A DNA stretch of 63,014 nucleotides, the filler included, from Octopus bimaculoides (lineage: Eukaryota): the NCBI RefSeq assembly GCF_001194135.2. It is 8 parts of 8 records of this genome, joined end to end, with 100 filler letters (N's around TTAATTAATTAA, not from the genome) between each part and the next. Parts side by side here need not be neighbours in the genome. Positions count along the whole stretch, not along the records: positions 1 to 11,202 come from NC_068982.1; positions 11,303 to 19,369 come from NC_068981.1; 6 more parts are not named here. One strand, written 5' to 3'. The notes below the pieces were generated by a model that worked only from the letters and a program-made list of their open reading frames with translations, was not told the DNA's origin and searched no databases. Below, in pieces: positions 1-11,799 of this stretch. Numbering within the stretch: position 1 is the stretch's first letter; the number at the start of each line of letters is the position of its first letter. A program made the translations under genes and the position numbers.

Positions 1-200
1 TTAAAACGTGGGTAGCTGATGAAGTAGAATGTTCTCTATGTGGCTTGTGTGCTTTCTCGTTTACATTTTGTTTGCAATGTCCTGTACCCAGATATGCACC
101 TATACATACAGGTGGATGTCGGTATGCACATACCTGTACGTATATATGCATATACTCATTTACTATTTGCTTTTATATATATATATATATATATATCACT

Positions 201-372
201 CTACTACACTCTCTGAGTGGTTGGCGTTAGGAAGGGCATCCAGCTGTAGAAACTCTGCCAAATCGGACTGGAGCCTGGTGTTGCCATCCGGTTTCACCAG
301 TCCTCAGTCAAATCGTCCAACCCATGCTAGCATGGAAAGCGGACGTTAAACGATGATGATGATGATGATGAT
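201..372 (+). mobile_element. Family D: 5'-truncated RTE-like LINE 3' end with (GAT)n tail
   Basis: Near-identical to 2545-2713 and 6380-6581; ends ...GGAAAGCGGACGTTAAAC(GAT)n. Confidence 0.85.
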
Positions 373-450
373 CAACACTTCATGGAGACAGTGTGATGCA
401 GAGAGCATGTACCTCAATGCTGATACCCTGTATGTGTGTGTATATAAACA

Positions 451-482
<32 letters not shown>

Positions 483-631
483 GTAGACTGATAGTGTGAC
501 CTAAAATTAATGCTATTTATGACAAAGTTGTAGAACTGATTAATAAATGTCAACAGGTAGGAGAGAGGGATAATAGAAAGGTCACAGAAATTAAATTTAA
601 TATTTTTTTCAATTGCTCTACCAATAACAGC

Positions 632-866
632 AATAATAATAATAATAATAATCCTTTTTATTATAGGCACAAGGCCTGAAATTTGGGGGAAGGAGCCAGT
701 CGATTAGATCAACCTCAGTACACAACTGGTACTTAGTTCATCGACCCCCAAAAGGATGAAAGGCAAAGTCAAACTTGGTGGAATTTGAACTCAGAACGTA
801 GTGATGGGCGAAATACCACTAAGCATTTCGTCCAGCGCACCAACGATTCTGCCAGCTCACCACCTT
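632..866 (-). mobile_element. Family C tRNA-derived SINE (CpG-decayed copy)
   Basis: Reverse strand has GGTGAGCTGGCAGAATCGTT head, box-B-like GTTCTGAGTTCAAATTCC, GCCTTTCATCCTTT domain and (ATT)n tail. Confidence 0.85.
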
Positions 867-889
867 AATAATAATAAGAAAAAGAATAA

Positions 890-1251
890 TTGCAGCAGCA
901 TTCAGTGAGTGCAAACCTCTGCCAAAGCAACACCAACGTCTTCTCAACGATTAGCCAGAGATGAATTTTAAAATGAGAATATCTGAAATAAACTCGGCTG
1001 CTCTCACAAACGAGAATACTAAAAATGAACCCAGCCGCTCTCAAAAATTAAGTGAAAATACCAGAAAAATCAGAATCCTTGTCTGGTACTGGATCAATCC
1101 CAAAATCTAATCAGTTCATGCCAGTCAAGAGGCCAAACATCCCTGAAAATTTCATCCATACCCATCCAGCAGTTCTTCAGATATCATGTCCACAGACAAA
1201 CAAACAAACAAACACAACTAAAAATAATACCTCCACCTTAGCAAAGGCGGA

Positions 1252-1256
<5 letters not shown>
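890..1256 (-). mobile_element. Non-autonomous Helentron-associated (HINE/DINE-like) element, apparently full length
   Basis: Terminal hairpin ACCTCCACC-TTAGCAAA-GGCGGAGGT (1229-1254), adjacent (ACAA)n microsatellite, internal CCCAAAATCTAATCAGTTC...CCCTGAAAATTTCATC, and a matching subterminal ACCTCTGCC (915-923) at the other end. Confidence 0.65.
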
Positions 1257-1292
<36 letters not shown>

Positions 1293-1483
1293 TAATCCTT
1301 TCTACTGGGGGCACAAGGCCTGAAATTTTGGATGGATGTAGGATTAGACAATTGCATCAAACCCAGTAAGCAACTACAGTCAACCCCAAAAGGATGAAAG
1401 GCAAACTGGCCTTGGTGGAATTTAGGAGAAAAGAGTGCTGAGTAGTCTGCCCAGCATGCTAATGATTCTCCCAGCTTGAAGCT

Positions 1484-1485
<2 letters not shown>
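1257..1485 (-). mobile_element. Family C SINE, diverged
   Basis: Similar to 632-866; (AAT)n tail at 1255-1295. Confidence 0.75.
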
Positions 1486-1517
<32 letters not shown>

Positions 1518-1518
<1 letters not shown>

Positions 1519-1920
1519 CATCGTTTAACATCTACTTTCCATGCTAGCATGGGTTGGGCGATTTGACTGAGGACTGGTGAACCGGATGGCTGCACCAGGC
1601 TCCAATCTGATCTGGCACAGTTTCTGCAGCTAGATGCCCTTCCTAACACCAACCACTCCGAGAGTGTAGTGGGTGCTTTTACGTGCCACCAGTACAAGGG
1701 CCAGTCAGGCAGTACTGGCAATGGCCACGCTCAAAATGGTGTATTTTACATGCCACCTGCACAGGAGCCAGTCTAGCGGCACTGGCAACGAACTCGCTCG
1801 AATGATTTTCTAACGTGCCACCAGCACAAGTGCCAGTAAGGCGACGCTGGTAAAGATTACGATCAAATGGTGCTGTTTACAGGCCACTAGCACAGAAGCC
1901 AGACAGCTGCTCTGGCAATG
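1518..1920 (-). mobile_element. Family D RTE-like 3' end with internal ~50-bp repeats
   Basis: Reverse complement matches 2380-2713, including the repeated GTTGCCAGTGCC...GGTGGCACGTAAAA units. Confidence 0.85.
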
Positions 1921-1935
1921 ATGATGATGATGATG

Positions 1936-2165
1936 ATAATAATAATAATGGTTTAAAATTTAAGCACAAGGCCAGCAATTTCAAAGGAGGGGTTAAGTCA
2001 ATTACATCAACACCAGTGTTTGACTGGTACCTATTTTATTGACCCTAAAAGGAATAAAGGCAAAGTTGACTTCAGTGGAATTTGAACTCAGAATGTAAAG
2101 ACAGACAAAAGACAGACTAAGCGTTTGGCCCAGAATACTAACGACTCTGCCAGCTCACCACCTAA
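1936..2165 (-). mobile_element. Family C SINE (CpG-decayed copy)
   Basis: Same head, domain and tail modules as other C copies. Confidence 0.8.
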
Positions 2166-2319
2166 CTATAATAACGATAACAACAACAACAACAAATGAT
2201 ATTAGTGTTGTTAATAATTTTACCATTATTTTTATTAAGAAAAGAAAATAAAATCTGAAAAGAATCAGAATGAAATGAAAAACCTTTTTAGATAAATTTA
2301 TTGATATTTTATATTTGTT

Positions 2320-2713
2320 GCCTGACCGAGACCTTTGGAAATGTGCTGTGCGTGAGAAGACCCGGCAAGCCAAGTAAGATCGTTGCCAGTACCGCCTGAC
2401 TGGCCTCCGTAGGATTTTCGAGCGAGATCGTTGCCAGTGCCCCTGGACTGGCTCTTGTGCGGGTGGCACATAAAAGACACCATTTCGAGCGTGGCCGTTG
2501 CCAGTATCGCCTGATTGGCCTTCGTGCGGGTGACGCGTAAAAGCACCTACTACACTCTCTGAGTGGTTGGCGTTAGGAAGGGCATCCAGCTGTAGAAACT
2601 CTGCCAAATTTAGATTGGAGCCTGGTGTTGCCATCCGGTTTCACCAGTCCTCAGTCAAGTCGTCCAACCCATGCTAGCATGGAAAGCGGACGTTAAACGA
2701 TGATGATGATGAT
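2320..2713 (+). mobile_element. Longest family D copy: ORF C-terminus (DRDLWKCAVREKTRQAK*) plus 3'UTR and (GAT)n tail of an RTE-clade LINE
   Basis: 2324-2377 translates to a DRxxW motif typical of RTE ORF ends, followed by stop, a repeat-bearing UTR and a (GAT)n tail. Confidence 0.7.
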
Positions 2714-3384
2714 TATATTTCCTTATATCCTTTTACAGAAATGTCCCTTAATTTCTCCCCACCTCCTATCTCCTGTACCCCTCACACACACCTTCTTTCA
2801 TTCATACTACAATGTAATACAATAGTCTTTCAACAGCAACAAACACCATACAACACACATACACATCTCCATTCACAATAGCACATACACATACACACAC
2901 ACACCCCAACCAACACCACATCTCCACACATACACAGCAGCAAATTGGAAGGCAAAAAGCCTTGTGGTATTTATTGCAGTTTCCTGCATTGGAAGTTCAA
3001 AACCTATCAAGCCCAACTTTCCCTTTCATCCTTCCAGGGTTGATAAAACACCAGTCCAGGGCAATGAACTTGTAAAATCATTAACCCTTTAGAATACAGA
3101 TTAATCTGTCAAATGTAATGCTCATTTATTCACATTGTTTTTAATCAACCATGAATTTATCTTGTAGCTTTGAGATTTCAATGATGTGATTATTTTTAGA
3201 ACATTGTAGGGTAGGTGTGAAAAGCCAGACCTGGCCAGTTTGAACCATAAAACAGGTAGCGTTTCAACCAAATATGGCCAGCTTAAATGCTAAATGATTA
3301 AAGCATTGGAAGGGAAGTCTTGCAGTTTTCATTCTGGCTCTTTGCATTCTGAGTTTCAAATCCTGTTGTGACCTGCTTGGATCA

Positions 3385-3575
3385 TCGTCATCATCATCCT
3401 TTAATGTCTGTTTTCTATGCTGGCATGGCTTGGACAGCTTGACAAGAATTGGCAAGGCTAGGAACCACACCAGGTTCCATAGTCTGTTTTAGCCTAGTTT
3501 CAACAGCTGGACGCCCTTCCTAAAGCCAACCACTTTAAAGAGTGTACTGGGTGCTTTTTACATGGCACCAGTACA
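3385..3575 (-). mobile_element. Family D copy, old and diverged
   Basis: (TCA)n tail then TTTAATGTCTGTTTTCTATGCTGGCATGG...CCTTCCTAAAGCCAACCACT. Confidence 0.7.
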
Positions 3576-3613
3576 GAGGTAGGATTCGTTAACAGAGTTG
3601 GCAGGATTGGTTG

Positions 3614-4035
3614 TTACCTTTGTATGATTGTGCATGTGACAATATTTTCCATGATAAATGGAGCATTTCTTGATTTTAATGTCCACATGTTTGGATAAAG
3701 AGGTATCATTTTTGTCTCGGTTGCAAAATGTGTGTGTATGTGTTGGTTGTATCGTATTTTGAAATGGTTTGCTGTAGACCATATATTTGTAGATGTAGCA
3801 GTTGATACAGCATTCATGGTTACAGTTACACTATAGGCAATATTGCTTGAGAAAAAATTTCCTTCTGGAGGACAGGATGAAGAGGTTCTACAACTGAAAT
3901 TTTTGTTATTATGTACAAAGTTGTTGGTAGTAGAATATGACAGTTTTATGCTCTGTTTGTTAATTAGTTTGTGATACTTGAAATTAGAGTGGATGTGTTT
4001 TTGAAATAGTCTGAGAAATAACTCAGATATTGGTG
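3614..4035 (-). mobile_element. Penelope-like element, GIY-YIG endonuclease region, frameshifted remnant
   Basis: Mixed frames give KYHKLINKQSIKLSYSTT, SCPPEGNFFSSNIAYSVTV, STANHFKIRYNQH, KNDTSLSKHV and WTLK, the conserved order of the PLE C-terminus. Confidence 0.8.
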
Positions 4036-4796
4036 TGGAGACGTGTGTGTGTATATATATATATATATATTACATATACAACAAGGTTCTTTCAGTTTCT
4101 CAATTTCTATCTTCCAAATTCATTAATAAGCTTTGGTAGGCCTGGGGCTATATGGCTATATTAAAAAACGCTTTCCTAAGTTTCTACACTCTAAGACAAA
4201 CCCACACAGGTAAGGAACAAACTTCTTAACCACCAAACTATACCTATACCATTAAAAAGAAAGGGTGACCATGGTTGGAACGTTTTTGATTGGAAGTTTA
4301 CTCATTGAGAGTTGACCTGCAACTAAATTGCTAAAACATATAGGCATAAATATGTCAGAATTAATATACATACTGCTTTATAAACATACACATACAAATA
4401 TAAATGTACAGACAGTAAATAATTACACAGACACAGGCATATAGAATGATTCAGAAGGGAAAGAGGTGAATGCTGATTCCCTAGAGCCTTAGTATATTAC
4501 TGGTACATATGGCTTAAAGTTTACATATAACCAAGACAAAAAAAAGAAATGACAACTATAATGGTATCTGAAATTTGCCTCAATTCTCATTCTACTCCTT
4601 AAGAAATAGGAATAAAATATTCCAAGATGAGCCGATGTTGAGTACACATACACACACACACGCATACAAAAAATGATTAACTACTAAGCGTTGATATGCA
4701 CCCCACCCCCAACCTTCTTTTTTACTTGCTGAATCTGGGAGAAGAGCCTATGATCCATTGCAGGCCCTCTGAGATAGGTAGGACTGATGCTATTAA

Positions 4797-5050
4797 TCAT
4801 CATCATCATCGTTTAACATCCGCTTTCCATGCTAGCATGGGTTGGACGATTTGACTGAGGACTGGCAAGCCAGAAGGCTGCACCAGGCTCCAATCTGATC
4901 TGGCAGAATTTCTACAGCTGGATGCCTTTTCTAATGCCAACCATTCTGAGTGTGTAGTGGGTGTTTTTTACGTGCCACCAGTACGAGGGCCAGTCACACG
5001 GTACTGGCAATGGCCACACACAAAAAGGTGTTTTTTACATGCCACCTGCA
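4797..5050 (-). mobile_element. Family D copy
   Basis: Reverse-complement match to 201-372 and 2380-2713. Confidence 0.85.
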
Positions 5051-5594
5051 CATAATGTTCCATTTAAAATGTTGCAAGTGAACCCCTGCAGGAAAGACAT
5101 GAGCAGGGAGGAGATTCCAGAGGGATAATGATCTGGGGAATAACAACTAGGCGTATGCAAGAAGAGTACTGATGAGGCAGAGAGACAAGTGAACTTGGGG
5201 AAGAGGGACATGAAGTGGTGGAGATATAAGACTAACCAGCTCCAAGGTATAGAGACCATTATGGTTGTTGCAACAGAAAAGACAGAGAAAGGAGATGGCA
5301 TGCCTGTGGGCCAGAGGTGATGGAAGGCCAATCATCCAAATGGTTCTTCTCTGGATATAGTCCAAGATGTTTGTATGCATAGCCGTAGCACCATCTCATG
5401 TGAGGGAACAGCAGTCCATTATGGGCTTCACTTGAGGGCCAAAAGAGAAAAATTAGTCTTTGGGATATAGTCCTAGTTGTGCTAAGGATATGCTCTCACC
5501 AGGAGAGATCCTCAGTAACAGTGAAGCCCAACATCAGGAATGACTGTAAGAGTTGTAGCTGAGTGCTGCTTGTGTTTAGAGCGAGTGTGAAGTC

Positions 5595-5830
5595 ATCAAC
5601 ATCACCATCATTTAATGTCCATTTCCCATGCTGGTATGGGTTGGACAGTTGAACAGGAGCTGGCAAAGCAGAGGATCACAACAAGCGCGACTGTCTGCTT
5701 TGGTATGGTTTCTGCAGCTGGATTTCCTTCCTAACACCAACCACTTTACAAAGCGCACTGAGTATTATTTACATGGCACCAGCACCAGTGAGGTTACCGA
5801 GTAACTCACAAGACAAGAACTCCTCAACTG
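5595..5830 (-). mobile_element. Family D copy, old and diverged, nested in the CR1-like LINE
   Basis: CATCATTTAATGTCCATTTCCCATGCTGGTATGGG...CCTTCCTAACACCAACCACT. Confidence 0.7.
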
Positions 5831-6330
5831 AGTGAGTGTTGTATTGAGGGAGGTGGCTATATGCCAGGTGATGGGATGTTAAAGTATGATAGAGAGACTG
5901 GTACAGGTGTCTTGTCATAAGAGAGATACATGGTTACTCCTGTTGGAAAAGAAAGAGATGATGGTGGTGAAAATGGTGTTTTCTTGATATGAAAAGTGCT
6001 TGGGGATCTTTTTATTGTTAAAAGAGACAAGGTTGCTCCCACTGGAAGATGCTCTCAAAGTCTCCATTTATGGAATCAATGCAGGTTTGGTATGTGATGT
6101 TTTTGATAGCCTGTGGATGAAAGGTGATGTCATCTGCATAAGAGTGAGCATTGTCAGATGTAGCAGCAAGTAGGTCATTGATGTATTAAAGGGAAGAAGG
6201 GACAGGACCCTAAGAAACACTAGAGCTGAATGAGAATGGGGCTGAAAGAGCTCTATCCACACGTGCTGCAATGAGGCAACCTAACAAAGTTACCAATCCA
6301 GGAGCTGAAAAATGGATGCAGCCTGGAGGA

Positions 6331-6531
6331 AGTGCCAGTACCGCCTGACTGGCCTTCGTGCGGGTGGCACGTAAAAGCACCCACTACACTCTCTGAGTGG
6401 TTGGCGTTAGGAAGGGTATCCAGCTGTAGAAACTCTGCCAAATCAGATTGGAGCCTGGTGTAGTCATCCGGTTTCATCAGTCCTCAGTCAAATCGTCCAA
6501 CCCATGCTAGCATGGAAAGCGGATGTTAAAC

Positions 6532-6581
<50 letters not shown>
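6331..6581 (+). mobile_element. Family D copy, young, nested in the CR1-like RT
   Basis: Near-identical to 2490-2713, with a long (GAT)n tail at ~6532-6581. Confidence 0.9.
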
Positions 6582-6584
<3 letters not shown>

Positions 6585-7595
6585 GTATGCCAGACACAGT
6601 TGAAGGCTTTGATGATGTCTAAAGCAACAACACTGCTTTCTCTGAACTCCTCTACAGCAGAAGTCCACTGAATGGCACGAGAGAGAACTGGTTTCCAGTC
6701 GATCTGCACAAGCCATAGTGGTAGTCACTGAGTTGAAATCTATGTTTATACTTCTACAATACAAATTTTTTTATACAATTCCTAACAATATCTAATTATA
6801 AAAATATAAATAGGATACATAGGTAGGTACATGGGGTATATGAACAGACAACGACATACGCAAATAGAGACTGAAACACATGACCACATATACACACACA
6901 CACTTGTCCACACATATGAAGAAGTGCACCCATACATACAAACATGGTACATAGCAGCAAAACACACACACACACACACACACTCAAACATGCACACACA
7001 AGGAGACAGAGGTACATACACATGCACACATGCACACATACATGCACACATGCACACATACATAAAAAACACACAAACACAGGAATATGCAGAATACATA
7101 CATACATACATACATGCAAACACATACACATACATACATATATACACACACATNNNNNNNNNNATGCAGAATACATACATACATACATACATGCAAACAC
7201 ATACACATACATACATATATACACACACATACATACATATATGCATATGCACACACACACAGACATACATACATACACACACACATGCATGCATACATAC
7301 ACACACACTGAGACACCCACATGCGCAAAAGCAAAAACAGAACGCAGCGTAAATAACGGACAGTCAAGGCTATTGAAAAGGTTGCAAGAGGCAACGAAAA
7401 TTTTAGGAAAATAAAAATAAGAAATAAGTGGAAATGTTAACGGTGAGTGTGTTAAATAATAAGGCACAATAAGAAAATGACTCTCCCCAGACACAACAGA
7501 ATATGCTTCAACACATGAAATCACATTAAAAAATCTTGCAAAGCAAATCCAAAAACGAAATATAAATAGGATGTTTTAAACATTGAACGACTATC

Positions 7596-7666
7596 AGGGT
7601 CCAGTAGAGTAAAACGGGAATCAAAGGGGAGGGTGTCCACAAACAAAATATGGTTGAGAACCACTG
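7596..7666. mobile_element. hAT (Charlie-like) MITE end
   Basis: GGTTGAGAACCACTG (7652-7666) is the reverse complement of the CAGTGGTTCTCAACC TIR type. Internal GGTCCAGTAGAGTAAAA recurs inverted near 18990-19010. Confidence 0.55.
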
Positions 7667-8293
7667 TTTTAAACCATACCATCGATCACAACAAAACTTA
7701 AGAATGACCAAGTGAAAATCAAGGGTGACAACTTTTGAAGTCTATTCGTATATAAGAACGATAACTCATGAGGCTATAAGACCAGTAACTCTTCTTTACA
7801 AGCTGCAGAACTGACTGATAGGTTACTATTGAATAGACAACCACAAGATAGGTTTAAGTCGGTGTGAGTAAATATGATAACCTACATATTACAACATACA
7901 ATCAGTTCCACAATTACATAATAATAACGTCACACTCCTTTCAGATTAATTATAATTTAATTACAGAGCAATTATTTTAAAATTTGCTATTTCAAGTTGA
8001 AACGGATTGAACAAAACTCCTTGCAGTTGTTTTCTATGGCCAGATATGACATAACTTGCACATCTTTTCAAGTAAAATAACCTCTAGATGTAAAGGCATA
8101 GTAATGTAACGTTTCATATCCGAACTTGGAGCCATGTCTGACAGGTTTAAATTAACGTTTTTCCTTCTACACCTACACCTCCTCCTAATTTAGTAATTCC
8201 ATTCTTATCCTTCTCACCTCATCTTATTCTTTCACCTCTCTCACTTTTCCTCCTCGTTCCATCTAGCTCTCTCTCCCATCACTTCCTGTCCAT

Positions 8294-8675
8294 GTTGTTG
8301 TTGTTGTCACTCCGTCGCTTACGACGTCGAGGGTTCCAGTTGATCCAATCAACAGAACAGCCTGCTCGTGAAATTAACGTGCAAGTGGCTGAGTACTCCA
8401 CAGACACGTGTACCCTTAACGTAGTTCTCGGGGATATTCAGCATGACACAGTGTGACAAGGCTGGCCCTTTGAATTACAGGCACAAGACAAACAGGAAGT
8501 AAGAGTGAGAGAAAGTTGTGGTGAAAGAGTACAGCAGGGTTCGCCACCATCCCCTGCTGGAGCCTCGTGGAGCTTTTTAGGTGTTTTCGCTCAATAAACA
8601 CTCACAACGCCCGGTCTGGGGATCGAAACCGCGATCCTATGACCGTGAGTCCGCTGCCCTAACCACTGGGCCTCC
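8294..8675 (-). mobile_element. Family B tRNA-derived SINE, near full length, with target-site duplication
   Basis: Head GGCCCAGTGGTTAGGGCAGCGG, box B GGTTTCGATCCCC, (CAA)n tail. Flanks CCTGTCCATGT / CCTATCCATGT. Highly similar to 54000-54372. Confidence 0.9.
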
Positions 8676-9918
8676 ACCCTATCCATGTACGAAATTCCAA
8701 TGGTTCATGCACTTTTTATTAGTTGCAACCAGTTTTTCTTCGAGGATGTAAATTTCTGCTGTTTCTCTTTAATTTCTCCCCTGTCAAGTTTTTCCTGAAG
8801 AACTCTGTAACATTGGGTTTCCCACTCCCCATGGCAAGTTCACTGTACTCTTTTAGTCAATTTTAACTAAATCTTAGTTAAACACATCTCTATTATATCT
8901 ATATTACATTTATTATAACATGGGTCAATTGACAGCATCATTAGTATCAGGCAAATGCCTTATGGTTATTTGTTCAGATTCATTATGTTCTCCTGAGTTC
9001 AAATCCCACCATCATTCAGGTGTCAATAAAATAAAGTACTAATCAAATTTTCAGGTTAGTTCCTCTCTCTCTCTATCTGTCTCTTTTAGAAGTGGCTAGG
9101 CTACACAATGAGGACATGACGGACCAATCTCAATGTTCCTTTCCATCAAGATAGCCATTTCCACTCTACTGCAGTGCAAGAACATGGTCTTCAAAGTTCT
9201 GGTGGAGTATGGACTTGTGACTTTAAAGATACACAAAATAGCCTCTATGTAGTCAACTGAGCTGCTAGAAATAACAGCCAAATAGCCTTCAAATCACACT
9301 CACCATCATCATCATCCTTCATCCTTTCACATCTACATGGGTTGGCCAGATCATTATGGTCCATGTCAGTTCTTATTGAAAGTTACTGCCCACTTAGACA
9401 GGTCAGAGGACCCCTCTTTGTCATATGTTCCATGGCATGGTTTCTATGGCTAGATACCTTTCCTAAACCAACTGCTTTGCTTGGAAGGATGTTATGTCCT
9501 GAGCAAAACTAAGATTCCTCCCAACACCACATCTCTCATAAAAATGGAAAGAACACAGATATTGTAATCCTAAAACCTTGAAACTAATGGATGGTCACAA
9601 CTGGAATGCTTTTGATCAAAGGACTGACCTTCGACTAAATCACAACAACAACCTCCAAGAAAGTAAGCCAACAAAAAAAAGTTATTGTATGGTTATTAGA
9701 TATGCTAATATGCTAGAAATAGCAGTTAGTCTCCTTCAAAATGCATTCTACTGCTAATAAAAAAGGAAGGGCATGTAAGGCAATATAGTTGTAGAATAAG
9801 CATATTTTTTTCTTTGTAGTAGTCGGCTAGTTGTAGTCGTAGATGTACAAAAGTTGAGGATGTAATATCTTTGACTTTACATCTGTGGACATGTCATATA
9901 GAAAGAGAGAGAACTCAC

Positions 9919-10117
9919 CGGTCACTGACGTTGATGGTTGAGCTGTTTCTTCATCTGAGTCACTCGATGACCCATGGTCACTACCTGAGAAGAGAGCCAT
10001 TAATGCAGCTGAAGCTACAGATTTCTTCTCATGCACTAAAAGTGTTCGCATGATGTCGTCACTGCACTCCATAGATTCTGCCCTGGATGTGCTTGGCTTA
10101 TGCATCACTTCAGCTGG
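9919..10117 (-). CDS. Internal coding exon (199 nt, phase 0 to phase 1) of an unidentified gene: PAEVMHKPSTSRAESMECSDDIMRTLLVHEKKSVASAALMALFSGSDHGSSSDSDEETAQPSTSVT
   Basis: Acceptor cttgttttctgttttgttttcag|CCA and donor CCG|gtgagt. Open frame between them; unique, non-repeat sequence of raised GC. Confidence 0.75.
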
Positions 10118-10139
10118 CTGAAAACAAAACAGAAAACAA

Positions 10140-10301
10140 GATCATCATCATCATTTAATGTCCGCTTTCCATGCTGGCATGGGTTGGACGATTTAACTGA
10201 GAATTGGCAAACTGGATGGTTGCACCAGGCTCCAATCTGATCTGGCAGAGTTTCTACAGCTGGCTGACCTTCCTGACGCCAACCACTCCGAGAGTGTAGT
10301 A
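10140..10301 (-). mobile_element. Family D copy
   Basis: (TCA)n tail followed by the D consensus. Confidence 0.85.
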
Positions 10302-10319
10302 TTAAAAATATTTCACAAC

Positions 10320-10500
10320 TAGGCATAGGAGTGGCTGTGTGGTGAGTAGCTTGCTTACCAACCACATGATTCCGGGTTCAGTCCCACTGCGTGGCACCTT
10401 GGACAAGTGTCTTCTACTATAGCCTCCGGCCGACCAAAGCCTTGTGAGTGGATTTGGTAGACGGAAACTGAAAGAAGCCCATCGTATATATGTATATATA
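10320..10500 (+). mobile_element. Family A tRNA-derived SINE, 5' half
   Basis: GTGGCTGTGTGG (box A), GGTTCAGTCCC (box B), CACCTTGG.CAAGTGTCTTCTACTATAGCC. Confidence 0.9.
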
Positions 10501-11202
10501 TGTATGCGTGTGTGTCTGTGAGCTTTGTGAGATTTGGTAGATGGAAACAGAAAGAAACCAGATGTGTATGTGTGTCTATGTGTATCCTTGTCTTGAAACC
10601 ATACTATGCTTGTAAATCATCATCAAACAAGCAATCCAGTCTTCTATGATAGACATGTCTGACAATGGGGAAATATTGTCTTACTTGGAAATATGTAAGG
10701 GTGGGTAGCAGGAAAGCCATCCTGCCATAGAATATCTATCTGCCTCAACATAATTCCATTTGACCCATGCAAACATGGAAAAGTGGACATCAAAACGATG
10801 ATGATGATGATGTGTGTGTGTGTATGTATTTACATATACATATATATATATAAAAATTTAAGGAATGGAGAAAACGCATGTTATAATTGCATAGTATGTT
10901 ATAGTATGCAATTATAACATGCGTTTTCTCCATTCCTTAAATTTTTAAATATACTCAAATACCCAAAACTTCAAGGAGTTCCTGCCTTAAAAACAGGAAC
11001 AACACCAAAGTTATTTTGTGTTCTTTGCTACATTGGTTTCTATTAACCCATTTATTCTATCCGAAGAATTATTATTCATTAAGATAGAAGAAATACATAT
11101 AATTATATATATATATAAGGAGTAGGTAGTAACTCTATAAGATGTACCCGGTGCAAGCTATGGACACATAAGAGGTGCAGCAACATCAAAGGCAGGTTAA
11201 CT

Positions 11203-11302
11203 NNNNNNNNNNNNNNNNNNNNNNNNNNNNNNNNNNNNNNNNNNNNTTAATTAATTAANNNNNNNNNNNNNNNNNNNNNNNNNNNNNNNNNNNNNNNNNN
11301 NN
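11203..11302. other. Assembly spacer N44-TTAATTAATTAA-N44 (12-mer also at 19414, 30968, 38699, 50253, 52836 and 60078)
   Basis: Same 100-bp construct seven times. The palindromic 12-mer places stops in all six frames. Confidence 0.95.
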
Positions 11303-11373
<71 letters not shown>

Positions 11374-11799
11374 ACATACAGTGAAAGTGAGTGAGTGAGG
11401 GAGAGAGAAAGAGGGAGAGAGAGAGAACTTTTCCCTTCAGCAATATATTGTATTACTATTTCGTTGACATCTGAATGATCAGCAACGAGCATTGAGTAGA
11501 TTGTGTTCTACGCAATATTTGAAAAGTATTCTTTACCCGAAATAATGCATTATTCAGATATTTTTGCAGAAGAAGTTTAATTCTCCCCCTTACACACACA
11601 CATACATACATACATATATATATATATACGTACATACATACATACATAGATACATACATACATACATACATACATACATACATACATACATACATACCTC
11701 TGCCTTAATCTCAAATATTTGTGTATTCCACGGTGCTTCTCCCAACGCAGCGTTGGTATTTTATAAGTAGTCCTCAAAGTAAATGAGTTTATGCTAATA

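Larger units (their letters stand above)
5060..6760 (-). mobile_element. Decayed CR1/Jockey-group LINE reverse transcriptase, interrupted by two family D insertions
   Basis: Minus-strand peptides VALDIIKAFNCVWHT (~6590-6630), LHPFFSSWIGNF (~6285-6325), YINDLLAATSDNAHSYADDITF (~6120-6185) and LDYIQRRTIWMIG...LAHRHAIS (~5290-5365) are collinear. Confidence 0.8.

Noticed and set aside
7087-7230. 67-bp perfect direct repeat around a 10-N gap
   Set aside because: Most likely an unmerged contig overlap.
6782-7414. Long HT/CV/YI-rich ORFs here and throughout the track
   Set aside because: Translations of (CA)n, (TA)n and (CATA)n repeats, often read through Ns.
11247-11258. Recurring palindrome TTAATTAATTAA (7 times)
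   Set aside because: It is always centred in 44+44 N, so it is an assembly spacer with six-frame stops, not biology.
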